NCBI GenBank assembly: GCA_963727625.1
Contig: CAVSHR010000002.1
Location: 448,001 to 512,000, forward strand
Reading direction: 5' to 3'
DNA: 64,000 nucleotides
Source: an uncultured delta proteobacterium
GTDB taxonomy: Bacteria > Desulfobacterota > Binatia > UBA9968
Made by a program: the position numbers and the translations under genes. The notes under the pieces are model-generated. The model saw only the letters and a program-made list of their open reading frames with translations, searched no databases and had not been told where the DNA came from. Shown piece after piece: positions 1 through 9,435 of this stretch (the stretch's first letter is position 1; every line of letters starts with the position of its first letter).

Positions 1-3000
1 ATACCCGTCGGGGTCGATGTAGTTCTGCGGGTTGTTGACGACGTAGCTGTAGCGGTTGAGATTCTGAGGGTCTAACGGCGTCTGGACGAACGGATCGGCC
101 GAGACAAATCTCCCGGTCTCGGCGTCGTAGTATCTGCCGCCGTAGTAATAGAGCCCCGTCTCGGGGTCGAGCTTCTGACCGGTGAACCTCTGGGTTGGGT
201 CGATCGTGCCCTCGGATCGGGAAGCAGTGCCCCAAGGATCGTACTCGTTGAGCTGAACCCGGGTGCCAGCGATATCGGTGATGGCGTTGACGCTGCCCAG
301 ATGATCGTTGTGGTAGAAGTATTTGTTTGTTCCCTTCTTGGAAGCGAAGTTTTCGATCCCGATCCGGATAAACTTCGTGATCACTCCGTTGGGATCGATC
401 TCATAGCCCGCAAACGGATAAAGCGTGATGCCAGCGGGGGCGTTCTTTTTTACCCGAGTGCCGGCATAGTCGTATTCCATCGAGGTGCTGCCGCCGCCGG
501 CGATGGCAATGCTGCTCACCCGGTTGTCGATATCCCAGGTAAGCGTCTGATTGCCCCGGCTGAGCATGTTGCCGTTGGCGTCGTAGGTATAGCTCTTGCT
601 GAGACCCGCGTGGTTGGTGACCGCCGACGGATGCATCGAGTCGGCGTAGCTGAGAACCGCGCCGCACTTGTCGGTGAGATTGCCGATAGCGTTGTAGGCA
701 TACGTGCAATTTGCTTGAGACAGGTTTCCCCCGAAGGTTCCGGAAGCGATTTGCAACCGATTCAGATCGTCGTAGGTGAACGTGCGGCTTGCCGTAAACA
801 AGCTGTCCGTAATCGAAGTGACGTTGCCGTTGTTGTCGTAGCCGTAGGCAAGGTTCTGCTGATTGTTGGAAGTGGTCCGGTTGGTAACTCTGAAGTTGGC
901 GGCGTTGTACGTCCAGGTGGTGGTGAGATTGTTGGCATAGGTCAGCGCGGTCTTTTGCCCTCTGGCGTTGTACGTGATGGCGTTGATGTAACCGGGCGCG
1001 CTGTTCAACCAGCCCGCTTCGTTGTAGGCGTACGTAACCGTCTCATTGTCGGGGAATGTCTCGCTGGTGATACGGCCGAGCGCGTCATAGCTCTGCGCCA
1101 TCGTCTGCCACACGCCCAAGAAGCTGGCGCTGGGTCTGGGTGGTTCGTCCCAGCTGATCGTACGCAAACTTTGTCGTGGTCGCCTGATCGACGATTTGAG
1201 TCACCCGTCCTTTTGAATAGGGCACCGTGGGATCGTCGTACGTCCAGGTGACCAGCGATACCGTCCCCTGCTTTTTGGTGAGCGGACGGCCGACGGAATC
1301 ATAGGTAAACGTCAGTGTCTGGTTTTTGGCGTCTTTCTGGGTCAGAAGGTCGCCGGCTAGATTGTACGTGTACACCCAGGCGCCAGGCGTGCTGGTGGAA
1401 CATGTGGTCAGACTGGATGCCGTGCCCATGTTGGGGTCGCACATGGCGATCTTGCGGCCCAGATAGTCATACGCGTTCAGGGTGTTGTGGCCGGCGTTAT
1501 TGGTCACTTTGATCAAAGAATCTGCCGCGTCGTACTGGTAGGTCGTAAAATAAGAGGCGCCGCCGTTGACCTCTTCGACCTGGATCACCCGGTGGTGCGA
1601 GTCGGTATAGGTGCGTTTGACCTTACCCCGCGGATCCGTCGCTATGAATTCGTGATGGTCGTAGGCGGTCTGCGCATTGGTGCCGTCGGGAAAATTCACC
1701 CGCGTCTGGCGTCCGAGGACGTCGTACAAAAATTCCGTCCAGACGGCTGTTTCAGTCGTAAAACGCGGCGCCGATGTTTTCCACTGAAGCCCCCGGCCAT
1801 CGAATTGAGTTTCCGAGACGATAGCCTGGCCGCCGGGTCCTTCCTGCGCAGATTGATAGTTCCGGCCCAGGCCGTCGAAGTACGCCTCGCTCCAGATGTA
1901 ATTCGCTGTGCCGTGCTGCTCGGTCCGATAGGTCGTCACCCGCTGCAAACTGGGGTTACCCCAGTTGAGATAGAACGTGCTCACCGTCCCATAGGTCGAG
2001 CTGCCGTCCAGCGGGCCGGTGACTTTGGTTACCCGGCCAAACACGTCGTAAGTCGATGTCATCGTCTGATTGTTGGCATCGGTCTGGCTCGTCATGACGC
2101 CGAAGCGCTCGTCATACGCCATCGTGCTCTGATGATTGAGGCAGTTGGTAACTGTGGAGGGAAATGTTTGGCTGGATTCAAAGACAGTGGAAGTCGTGCA
2201 GCTCCGCGCATCGGTCACCGACGTGCGATTGCCGTACGCGTCGTAGCTGTACGTAACCGTCGGATTACCTGCGTTTCCGATATTGCCGGCTAGACGCGAT
2301 TCTTCTTTTGTGACCAGGCCCCGGGTGCCGAGTGCGCCGTAAGCGGCGTTGTCGTAGTAAATCCAGCGCTCGCGCACCGTCGCCCCGGTGTTATCGAGGA
2401 GCGCCGTTCGCTTGGGCCGGTGAATCCAGTTGGCACTGTCAACGATCCATTCGGTGACTTCGGTTCTTTCATCGCCCGTGGTGGCCACGTCGCCCAGATC
2501 ATTTTTCTGGGTCGGGTTGCCGTTAGTGTCGTAGGTGAACGTCTCGGCATTTTGGTGGCAGGTGGCCTGGCCTTCGCACTCGAAATAGTCCGTCCGCGTC
2601 AGCGCCACGAAGGTTACGCCGGTGTAAGGATTCGACGTGGTAAAAGTGTTGACGACTTTGTTGTAGAGGGCGCCGGCGGCGCTGCGCGTTTCGATCTGGT
2701 AGGGGCGGCCCTTCTTGATGTCGTCTTGGTAAAACCAGGTATCGGTGTAGTTGCCGATGGGATCGATGGCGCGGACTTTGGCGTGGCCGCGAAATTCTTT
2801 GCGATCGGCGTTAACCGCAGGGTTATAGTAGGTGAAGTTTGTGGTCGAGCTCCAGCCGAGCCCATCGCTCATCGTGCGGCTAATAACCCGGTGTCGCGTG
2901 CGGTCTACTTCTCCCGGGCGGACATAACCATGCAAACTCCCGCCACAGTTTCCTGGACCGCTGGTGGAAAATCCGACGAAGTCACAGTTGCTGTTAAAAT

Positions 3001-4534
3001 CCTCGTCCCAAACGTCATAGAGCGCTACCGCATCGAGCACGTTTGAAGTATACGGGTAGCCATGCAGACTCCCGCCACAGTTTCCCGGACCGCTGCTCGA
3101 CAGTCCGGCGAAGATGCAGTTGCTATTAAAATCCTCGTTCCAAACGTCATAGAGCGGAAGTGTGCCGGCTGCGCTTGACGTCAGCACAACGCCGTGCGAA
3201 GTCCACTGACACTCAGTGTCGGTACGAGTGTCGGTCAAGCCGCTGAAAACACAGTTGCTGTTAAAGTCTTCGTACCACACGGAATAAAGCGACTTGATCT
3301 CCTCGTAGGCGAAACTCACCGATCCGCCGATGCCGTTGGTGGCGCTGGCTAGCACCGTGCCGACATAAGTAAAGGACCGGGGCGGTAAGGCGGAGGTTCC
3401 GTCACTGCCGATCGGCGTGACGCTTGTCAGCGTGAGATCGCCGGCGGCGCCGCCACCCCACGTATGATTGGGGTCGCGATCGATCGAGTAGTCGTAACCA
3501 AAGTTGTACTTGCGCACCAGGCTCGTACCGATCCGCACCTCAACGGCATCGAGACGGTAGAGCTCGTGATAGGAGGTGTGCTGACTACCGCTCACATCGG
3601 TCCAATCGGTTCGATTGCCCCGGATAAACGTCACCGTGCGGCTGTTGCCGACGAGCGAGCCCGCGTAGTAGGCATAAGTGATGGTATCGGGGTAGACCGC
3701 CTGATCGTAGGCCTTGTTGTTATAACTTGAGCTTTGCTTGAAGTAGCTATATCGGACGGAAACGCCGCTGGTTGTCGAAACCTCATCGATGAAGTAGCGA
3801 AAAGTGACGGGCACTTCTTTGTTAAGTGCGAAGGTAAGCCCCGTGGCGCGGCTGTTGGAAGTATAGCCGAAGCGGTGCGTGGTTCCATCCTTGGTCCTTA
3901 ACGTCCAGTAATCGCCGCTTGAAAAGTAGGTGATCTGCCAAAACGTTTCATCCTTGGTCCGGTAGCTTCCGCTACCGATAGAAACCAAATCATAGGTATG
4001 ACCGCCGAAGACGAGCTTGAAGCTGTCGTCCGACGTGCCGGTGGTTCCCTTGGTGTCGCGAACAATAAAGCCTCCACTGTCGAGCGACCACCCCAGGCCC
4101 ACCCAATCGGCCTGATCGCGCTCGCTGTTGTTGCCCATGTCATCAACAACGCCGCTGTTGTAATTGAGCAAGATCTTCGGCGCGATGCCGGCCGCTCCTG
4201 GCGGAACCAATATTGGAATCTCGGCGCCGGCTGAGCCGGTGAAAAGATCGGCCTGGAAGGACTGAATATTAAAACCAACGACTGAGGCGTCGAGACCCGC
4301 CGTTGCTGCGCTAGTCGTAACGGTTGCACCTGGCTTGGTCGGTTTCTTGGTTGTTTGAGTCGCAGCACTCGACGCGGCTGATGTTGTTTGAGTTGAACTT
4401 GCGCTGATATGCGACGCCTCTGAAGAAGATTGATCAACAATTGCTATCAGGAATATTAGGGCCGCCACTTGAAATAGATGGGAGAGCATAGGTTGTTGCG
4501 AGATTGAAAAAGTTCCAAGCCTGTGAGTGATCAT
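1..4534 (-). CDS. Secreted SpvB/TcdB-like YD/RHS repeat protein (polymorphic toxin), with a 1-nt frameshift near 1115-1117; runs off the window start
   Basis: ORF 1085..4534 has a signal-like hydrophobic N-terminus (alternative start 4489), an SpvB-like segment (DLFTGSA..IPI.VPPG..G.AP...L.YNS..GLGWSL), the TcdB-mid motif EFRGHAKV and many YD repeats. A shifted frame continues GVWQTMAQSYDALGR... to the RHS core (YFYHNDHLGS, RFTGQKLDPETGLYYYGGRYYD...GRFVSADP...NRYSYVVNNPQNYIDPDGY), which ends at base 1. Confidence 0.9.
2924..3290 (-). repeat. Three 44-45 aa intragenic repeats LY.VW.EDFNSNC.F.G(....GPGNCGGSLHGY)
   Basis: Seen in the translation; nucleotide periods of 135 and 132 bp. Confidence 0.9.
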
Positions 4535-4627
4535 CTCCTCGCCTCCGCTTTCAAATTTACGTAAGACCGATTTCTGTTCCGGGAAAATCGTAAGGAGGCT
4601 TTTACAGGGTGGGGTGAGTCTTGTCCA

Positions 4628-4663
4628 ATGCTATTTTTGCATAGACCTATGCACCTTTTGCAT
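4628..4663. promoter_or_regulatory. Two tandem ATGC-N7-GCAT palindromes (LysR-type T-N11-A boxes)
   Basis: ATGCTATTTTTGCAT at 4628-4642 and ATGCACCTTTTGCAT at 4649-4663, between the divergent RHS and LysR genes. Confidence 0.6.
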
Positions 4664-4997
4664 GAATCGATTCCGGCCCGTTGCCTTTGGCGGGGGAATT
4701 AGGCGGAGAGAAGCGGACGAAATAATGAGGCTTGCAGCAAGAAATTTAAATTGTTGCCCAATCGAAATAACGCAACCTTGGTTGCATCTCGTGTCAACCA
4801 GGATTGCGGATATGTAAACCAGAGTTGCTCCAGTTTATCTGCCTTCATTTTGCAACTTTCGAAACTTTCACGACTCGGGAGTCGGTTCCTCTCTATTTAC
4901 GGGTTGGTATGACATTTGCGTTTTTGTGCGGGCAAAGTCCGAGGTTGTTCAAATAACTTGCAGAAATATTCATAGTCATCGTGAAGGAAATTGTGGC

Positions 4998-5480
4998 ATG
5001 ACTCTCGATAGAATTCGATTATTCATTTGTGTCGCTAAGAATCGGAGCATTAGCCAGGCGGCACGCGAGCTTGGCATTAGCCAATGCGCGGCCTCCCGTA
5101 AACTGCAACAGCTTGAAGTCAAGGTTTCCTCCAAGCTGTTCGAGAGAAAAGGAGGCGGCATGGAACTGACCGCTTCGGGTCGGACGTTTCGGCATGAAGT
5201 CTCGTCGCTCTGGTCACAGTTTGAAGAGTTGGAGAAAAGATATACTCCGAGCCGAGATTCTCTCACCATCGCGGCCAGTCATCGTCCCTCGAAATACCTA
5301 CTGCCGAGGCTAATGATAGAGTTTAGTAAAATGCGTCCTTCGGCGAAATTGACTTTACTCACCCGGAGCAGCGTGGAAATTGAGAAACTGCTGTTGGAGT
5401 CCAGAGTTGATCTCGCGATCACCAACAATGTTAATATGTCAGGTACGGTGTCGGACCACGGGGTCGAGCCTGAGTTTTGA
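4998..5480 (+). pseudogene. LysR-family regulator, C-terminally truncated
   Basis: MTLDRIRLFICVAKNRSISQAARELGISQCAASRKLQQLE...LFER..GMELT is the LysR HTH. The substrate-binding domain stops after about 150 aa, where the duplicated 5447 segment begins. Confidence 0.85.
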
Positions 5481-5622
5481 CTTATTGAAGCAGAAAAGGA
5501 TATCAGAACCTTTTTTGAGCCGGCTGTTGAGACATAATCCTGCTCCGTGCAATTCAGAATATCTCCTTAAATTCTTTCGCCTGCGGCACCCGCAGCTTAT
5601 CGGCAAGACGTTCGGCGGCCAT

Positions 5623-5861
5623 ATGAAAAAGCGATCACTCGTTGTTCCAACGATATTTCTTCAGGCAGTCACTGTGCTCATAGGCATTGGCGCTCTTGCT
5701 CTCATGCTTTGGGAACCTCACCTCGAAGGCAGAAACGCGCACGCCACGCCCTTTGAAATCTATTTCAAAGACCCATTTTTGTCGTATGCGTATTTAGCGT
5801 CCATTCCATTTTTCGTGGCGCTCCATCAGGCATTCAACGCGTTGGGATACATCCGAGAGAA
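5623..5861 (+). pseudogene. 5' partial duplicate of the DUF2975 gene
   Basis: Same MKKRSLVVPTIFLQ... N-terminus, cut at the duplication junction. Confidence 0.75.
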
Positions 5862-6001
5862 GGTGTCGGACCACGGGGTCGAGCCTGAGTTTTGACTTAT
5901 TGAAGCAGAAAAGGATATCAGAACCTTTTTTGAGCCGGCTGTTGAGACATAATCCTGCTCCGTGCAATTCAGAATATCTCCTTAAATTCTTTCGCCTGCG
6001 G

Positions 6002-6031
6002 CACCCGCAGCTTATCGGCAAGACGTTCGGC
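6002..6031 (+). other. Right half of an attC-like site directly before the DUF2975 ATG (second copy at 5587-5616)
   Basis: cacccgcagcttatcggcaagacGTTCGGC, with a GTT core 6 nt upstream of the ATG. Confidence 0.45.
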
Positions 6032-6037
6032 GGCCAT

Positions 6038-6568
6038 ATGAAAAAGCGATCACTCGTTGTTCCAACGATATTTCTTCAGGCAGTCACTGTGCTCATAGGC
6101 ATTGGCGCTCTTGCTCTCATGCTTTGGGAACCTCACCTCGAAGGCAGAAACGCGCACGCCACGCCCTTTGAAATCTATTTCAAAGACCCATTTTTGTCGT
6201 ATGCGTATTTAGCGTCCATTCCATTTTTCGTGGCGCTCCATCAGGCATTCAACGCGTTGGGATACATCCGAGAGAATAAGGCGTTCTCGCAGGCGACCGT
6301 GAAAGCTCTGCGGACTATAAAATTTTGTGCGTTAGCCCTTATCGGTTTTGTTGCGGTTGGAGAACTTTTCATTATGTTGGGCAATAGTGATGACCGTGCA
6401 GGCGAGGTTTTTATAGGCATCCTCATCACCTTCGGCTCTGTCGTTATCGCCACTGCGGCGACGATGTTTGAACGGATTTTGCAGAATGCCGAGGGGGGTG
6501 TAATTCCGAGAGGCCACAATACCAATTTCCTGTTGTGGACAGTCGGCTCGATTGGATTTCGCGCATAG
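6038..6568 (+). CDS. DUF2975-family membrane protein, C-terminus possibly replaced
   Basis: LWEPHLEGRNAHAT...YAYLASIPFF.AL..AF..L.YI.ENKAFS...VKALRTIK.CA is typical of the family. The usual ...DIKSENDLTV tail is absent. Confidence 0.75.
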   Translation: MKKRSLVVPTIFLQAVTVLIGIGALALMLWEPHLEGRNAHATPFEIYFKDPFLSYAYLASIPFFVALHQAFNALGYIRENKAFSQATVKALRTIKFCALALIGFVAVGELFIMLGNSDDRAGEVFIGILITFGSVVIATAATMFERILQNAEGGVIPRGHNTNFLLWTVGSIGFRA

Positions 6569-6653
6569 CGCGTCTATCCCGCCTGGTGGCTCCAGGGCTC
6601 CCCATCACGTGAAGCGCCGGGGAGCGCAAATCCGATATTGGATAATTTCAGGA

Positions 6654-6714
6654 CCCTAACCGGCGGGTTGAGAGGACCGCATCGAACCGCGCCTCTCACC
6701 GGAAACGGTTCGTC
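6654..6714 (+). other. attC-like integron recombination site
   Basis: CCCTAAC, 5 nt spacer, GGTTGAGAGG...CCTCTCACC, spacer, GTTCGTC: a 61-bp imperfect palindrome with an extrahelical base. Confidence 0.5.
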
Positions 6715-6761
6715 CGACCGCGGATGTGGCAGGAAAACCATAAAGGTGGCATATTCGGAAT

Positions 6762-6983
6762 ATGAGCAAAACTGCGCTGAATATAAGCGAGCTTACCCCC
6801 GAAGAGCGTCTGCGTTTGATCGAAGAACTATGGGACAGCCTCACGCAAAACCCTAAAGATGTTCCACTGACAATCGCACAGCGGGAGGAACTTGACAGCC
6901 GGCTCGACGATCTCGAACGGTCGGGGCCGGTGGGCATTCCTTGGGATGAGGTCGTCCAGCAAATTCGCTCTCGATCTAGGTGA
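6762..6983 (+). CDS. Addiction module antitoxin (TIGR02574-like)
   Basis: L.PEERLRLIEELWDSL...LT.AQREELD.RL...IPWDEV pattern; overlaps the toxin start. Confidence 0.88.
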   Translation: MSKTALNISELTPEERLRLIEELWDSLTQNPKDVPLTIAQREELDSRLDDLERSGPVGIPWDEVVQQIRSRSR

Positions 6984-7273
6984 AGCCACCGATCTTTCGG
7001 CCTGCCGCCGCGGCGGACGTTGAAGATGCGTCTCGATGGTATGAAAACCAGCGTGCCGGTCTTGGCGACGAGTTCCTTGCCACGGTGGGTGCTGTCGTTC
7101 AATCTTTGGCGGTGTATGCCGAACGCTTTCCTATCGTTTACCGGCAGACGTGCCGTGCAAACTTGCCGCGGTTTCCGTACAGCCTTTTCTATCGAATCGT
7201 TGATGATCAGGTTGTGGTCGTGGCATGCATGCACGGACGCCGACGCCCACGGCGATGGCAATCACGCAACTGA
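6980..7273 (+). CDS. RelE/ParE-family toxin
   Basis: FRPAA.ADV..A..WYE.QR.GLG.EF...L.RFPYSLFY...V.VVAC.H.RR.P..W. Confidence 0.88.
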   Translation: MKPPIFRPAAAADVEDASRWYENQRAGLGDEFLATVGAVVQSLAVYAERFPIVYRQTCRANLPRFPYSLFYRIVDDQVVVVACMHGRRRPRRWQSRN

Positions 7274-7285
7274 TGGCTAACCATC

Positions 7286-7455
7286 GCACACCACTGCGAC
7301 GTTCCGGAGGATGTTTGCCGATCTGCCTCTAGAAATTCAGCGTCAGGCTCGCCGCGCATACCGCACCTTCCGAGACAATCCGAAGTCTTCGATTCAAGCC
7401 AATTCATCCAAACGCACGCTATCTACCCTGCCCGGATCAGCTCTGATTATCGCAT
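7286..7455 (+). pseudogene. Degraded second ParE/RelE-like toxin
   Basis: Fragments in shifting frames: HTTATFRRMFADLPLEIQRQARRAYRTFRDNP / SLRFKPIHP / IYPARISSDYR. Confidence 0.65.
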
Positions 7456-7493
7456 AGTGAAAGGCGACGGTCAGGGAAGAAGAAGAAGAGAAC

Positions 7494-8279
7494 TCAGCTC
7501 ATCAGTCTTCCGCCCGAGACGTTGAGCGATTCTCCGGTCGTGTGCGAGGAGTCGCTGGAGGCGAGAAACAGCGCGGCCTTGGCGACCTCGTCGTGCTTGG
7601 CGTATTTGCGCAGAGGCGTGAGGGAGAGGATTTGCGCTTCGTGGGCTTCCACCGACATGCCGAGATTTTTCGCGCGTTGGGCGTACATCTCGCGCAGGTC
7701 TGGCTCGTCCATGCCGCCGGGGCAGATGATATTCGCTCTGATCCCGTGCGGGCCGTATTCCTTGGCGATGGTTTGAGTCAAGCCGACCACGCCCCACTTG
7801 GCGGCACAGAGCGAGCCGCGCATCGCCATGCCTTCACGTCCGGCGGTACCGGAGATGCTAACGATGCTGCCGCTCTTTTGTTTGACCATTTGCTTCAACA
7901 CTGCCCGGCAGCAGAGAAAGACCAACTTCAAATTGTAAAGAATCACGTCGTCGAATTCTTTCTCACTGATCTCGGTCACCGGCACCAGCGGGCCGCGGAA
8001 TCCAGCGCTGTTGATCAGGATGTCGATCTTGCCGAAGCGCTTCACGGTCTCGTTCACTAGGCCGTTCACCTGGCGGTCGTCGCTGCAATCGGCGGTGAGG
8101 GCGACGGCTTTTCCGCCTTGCTGATTGATCGCTTGGGCGACGCCGTCGAGCTGGAGTTTCATTCTCTCCAAATCGACCAAGACGAGGCTCGCGCCTTCTT
8201 GAGAAAAAGTATGCGCGATCGTCTCACCGATGCCGCGCGCGCCGCCGATAATAAGGGCGGTCTGGCCGCTTAGTTTCAT
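7494..8279 (-). CDS. SDR-family NAD(P)-dependent oxidoreductase
   Basis: GGARGIG, DILINSAG, GIRAN.I.PG, TGESLNVSGG. The catalytic YxxxK appears as LCAAK. Confidence 0.9.
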   Translation of the reverse strand: MKLSGQTALIIGGARGIGETIAHTFSQEGASLVLVDLERMKLQLDGVAQAINQQGGKAVALTADCSDDRQVNGLVNETVKRFGKIDILINSAGFRGPLVPVTEISEKEFDDVILYNLKLVFLCCRAVLKQMVKQKSGSIVSISGTAGREGMAMRGSLCAAKWGVVGLTQTIAKEYGPHGIRANIICPGGMDEPDLREMYAQRAKNLGMSVEAHEAQILSLTPLRKYAKHDEVAKAALFLASSDSSHTTGESLNVSGGRLMS

Positions 8280-8309
8280 TCTGTCGTTCCTCCGCAAATC
8301 AACCGGCAG

Positions 8310-9395
8310 TTACTTTGACGGGTAATACTTTTCCATCAAGTTCTTAACGCCCGCTTTGGCGCACGCTTCATCAAACATCTGCCGCACGATGGCATCCTCG
8401 TCTTCATATTCGATTTGATTGCCGCCGAGCTTGACGTCGACGTCGGCCTTGCCGCGGCCTTCGCCCCACATCTCATGATATTTTTGGCTGCCCCAGCGCA
8501 GCGCCAAGTAGCGCACCGGTTCCGCACCGGAATTGAAATGTTGGTGAAACCAGCCGCCGGGCGGGACAACCAGACTGCCGGGACGCCAATCAAAGCGTTT
8601 GATCGCTTGTCCGCGCGGCCAGAGCAGCGAATATCCGCGGCCGGCGAGGATGATGACATGCGCGCCCGGCCCGTGAAAATGCGCTTTTTTGTAGCCGCCT
8701 ACGGCAAACTGGGAGATGTGCCCGCATAATGTATTCTCAGATAGCTCCAGACGGACCTGGGAGCCGCCCCCGCCGCGCTCTTTCCATTCCAACAATTTCA
8801 GATTCTTTACATCGGACACGAAGTTGGTTTGCCAAGTTCGGCCGGAGTACCAGGTGCCGGGATTGCCGAAATAGTGCTCTTGCGAATTGAAGCGGTCGCG
8901 AAAGACGTAGGGACAATTGAAAATAAAATCCGTGTTGTGAATCAGATTGATCATGCAGGGCGCGCTGGTCACGGCGAGAAAGCGAGCGGGTTCGTCGCCA
9001 TTGCCGTTGAAAAGCTGGTGCCAGGAATTGAGCGGCGGGGAGAATAGCGAACCCTCCTGCCATTCGAAGGTTCGTTTCGGCTTGCCCTCGTTCCAGATGG
9101 TGGTCGCGCCGCGCCCGCTGATCACGTAGATCAACTCCTCATACATGTGTTTTTCCGGCTCGAGGGCTTTGCCGGGAGGAATCTCGCAAATGTAAGCGTC
9201 GTTGGTTTCGCCCGTGCCTTCCAGGCACAGGCGCACGCCGAGACCTCCGGTGCGCTTCCATGGCTCCAGCGGCACCGTGGCGATGTCTTCGACGAAGAAG
9301 CTTTGAATGAGCGGAATACCTTCACTTTCGATCCACGCTTTGTAGGAACTTTTTTTCGGTGTGAGCGATTCCGTGGAGATTTTCGGCTCTTCCAT
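8310..9395 (-). CDS. Bicupin protein (gentisate 1,2-dioxygenase-like)
   Basis: Two cupin domains: KHMYEEL..V..GRG.T...PPLNSWHQ and KAH.HGPGAH...PP..WFHQHFN. Confidence 0.8.
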   Translation of the reverse strand: MEEPKISTESLTPKKSSYKAWIESEGIPLIQSFFVEDIATVPLEPWKRTGGLGVRLCLEGTGETNDAYICEIPPGKALEPEKHMYEELIYVISGRGATTIWNEGKPKRTFEWQEGSLFSPPLNSWHQLFNGNGDEPARFLAVTSAPCMINLIHNTDFIFNCPYVFRDRFNSQEHYFGNPGTWYSGRTWQTNFVSDVKNLKLLEWKERGGGGSQVRLELSENTLCGHISQFAVGGYKKAHFHGPGAHVIILAGRGYSLLWPRGQAIKRFDWRPGSLVVPPGGWFHQHFNSGAEPVRYLALRWGSQKYHEMWGEGRGKADVDVKLGGNQIEYEDEDAIVRQMFDEACAKAGVKNLMEKYYPSK

Positions 9396-9435
9396 CCAGC
9401 TTATTCCTCGATGAAGTCTTACGGCCGCCCGCGCG

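Larger units (their letters stand above)
5447..6276 (+). repeat. 415-bp tandem duplication (5447-5861 and 5862-6276)
   Basis: Both copies start ggtgtcggaccacggggtcgagcc and end ggatacatccgagagaa; no differences seen by eye. Confidence 0.92.

Noticed and set aside
301-1251. 316-aa plus-strand ORF
   Set aside because: Antisense shadow of the RHS core encoded on the minus strand.
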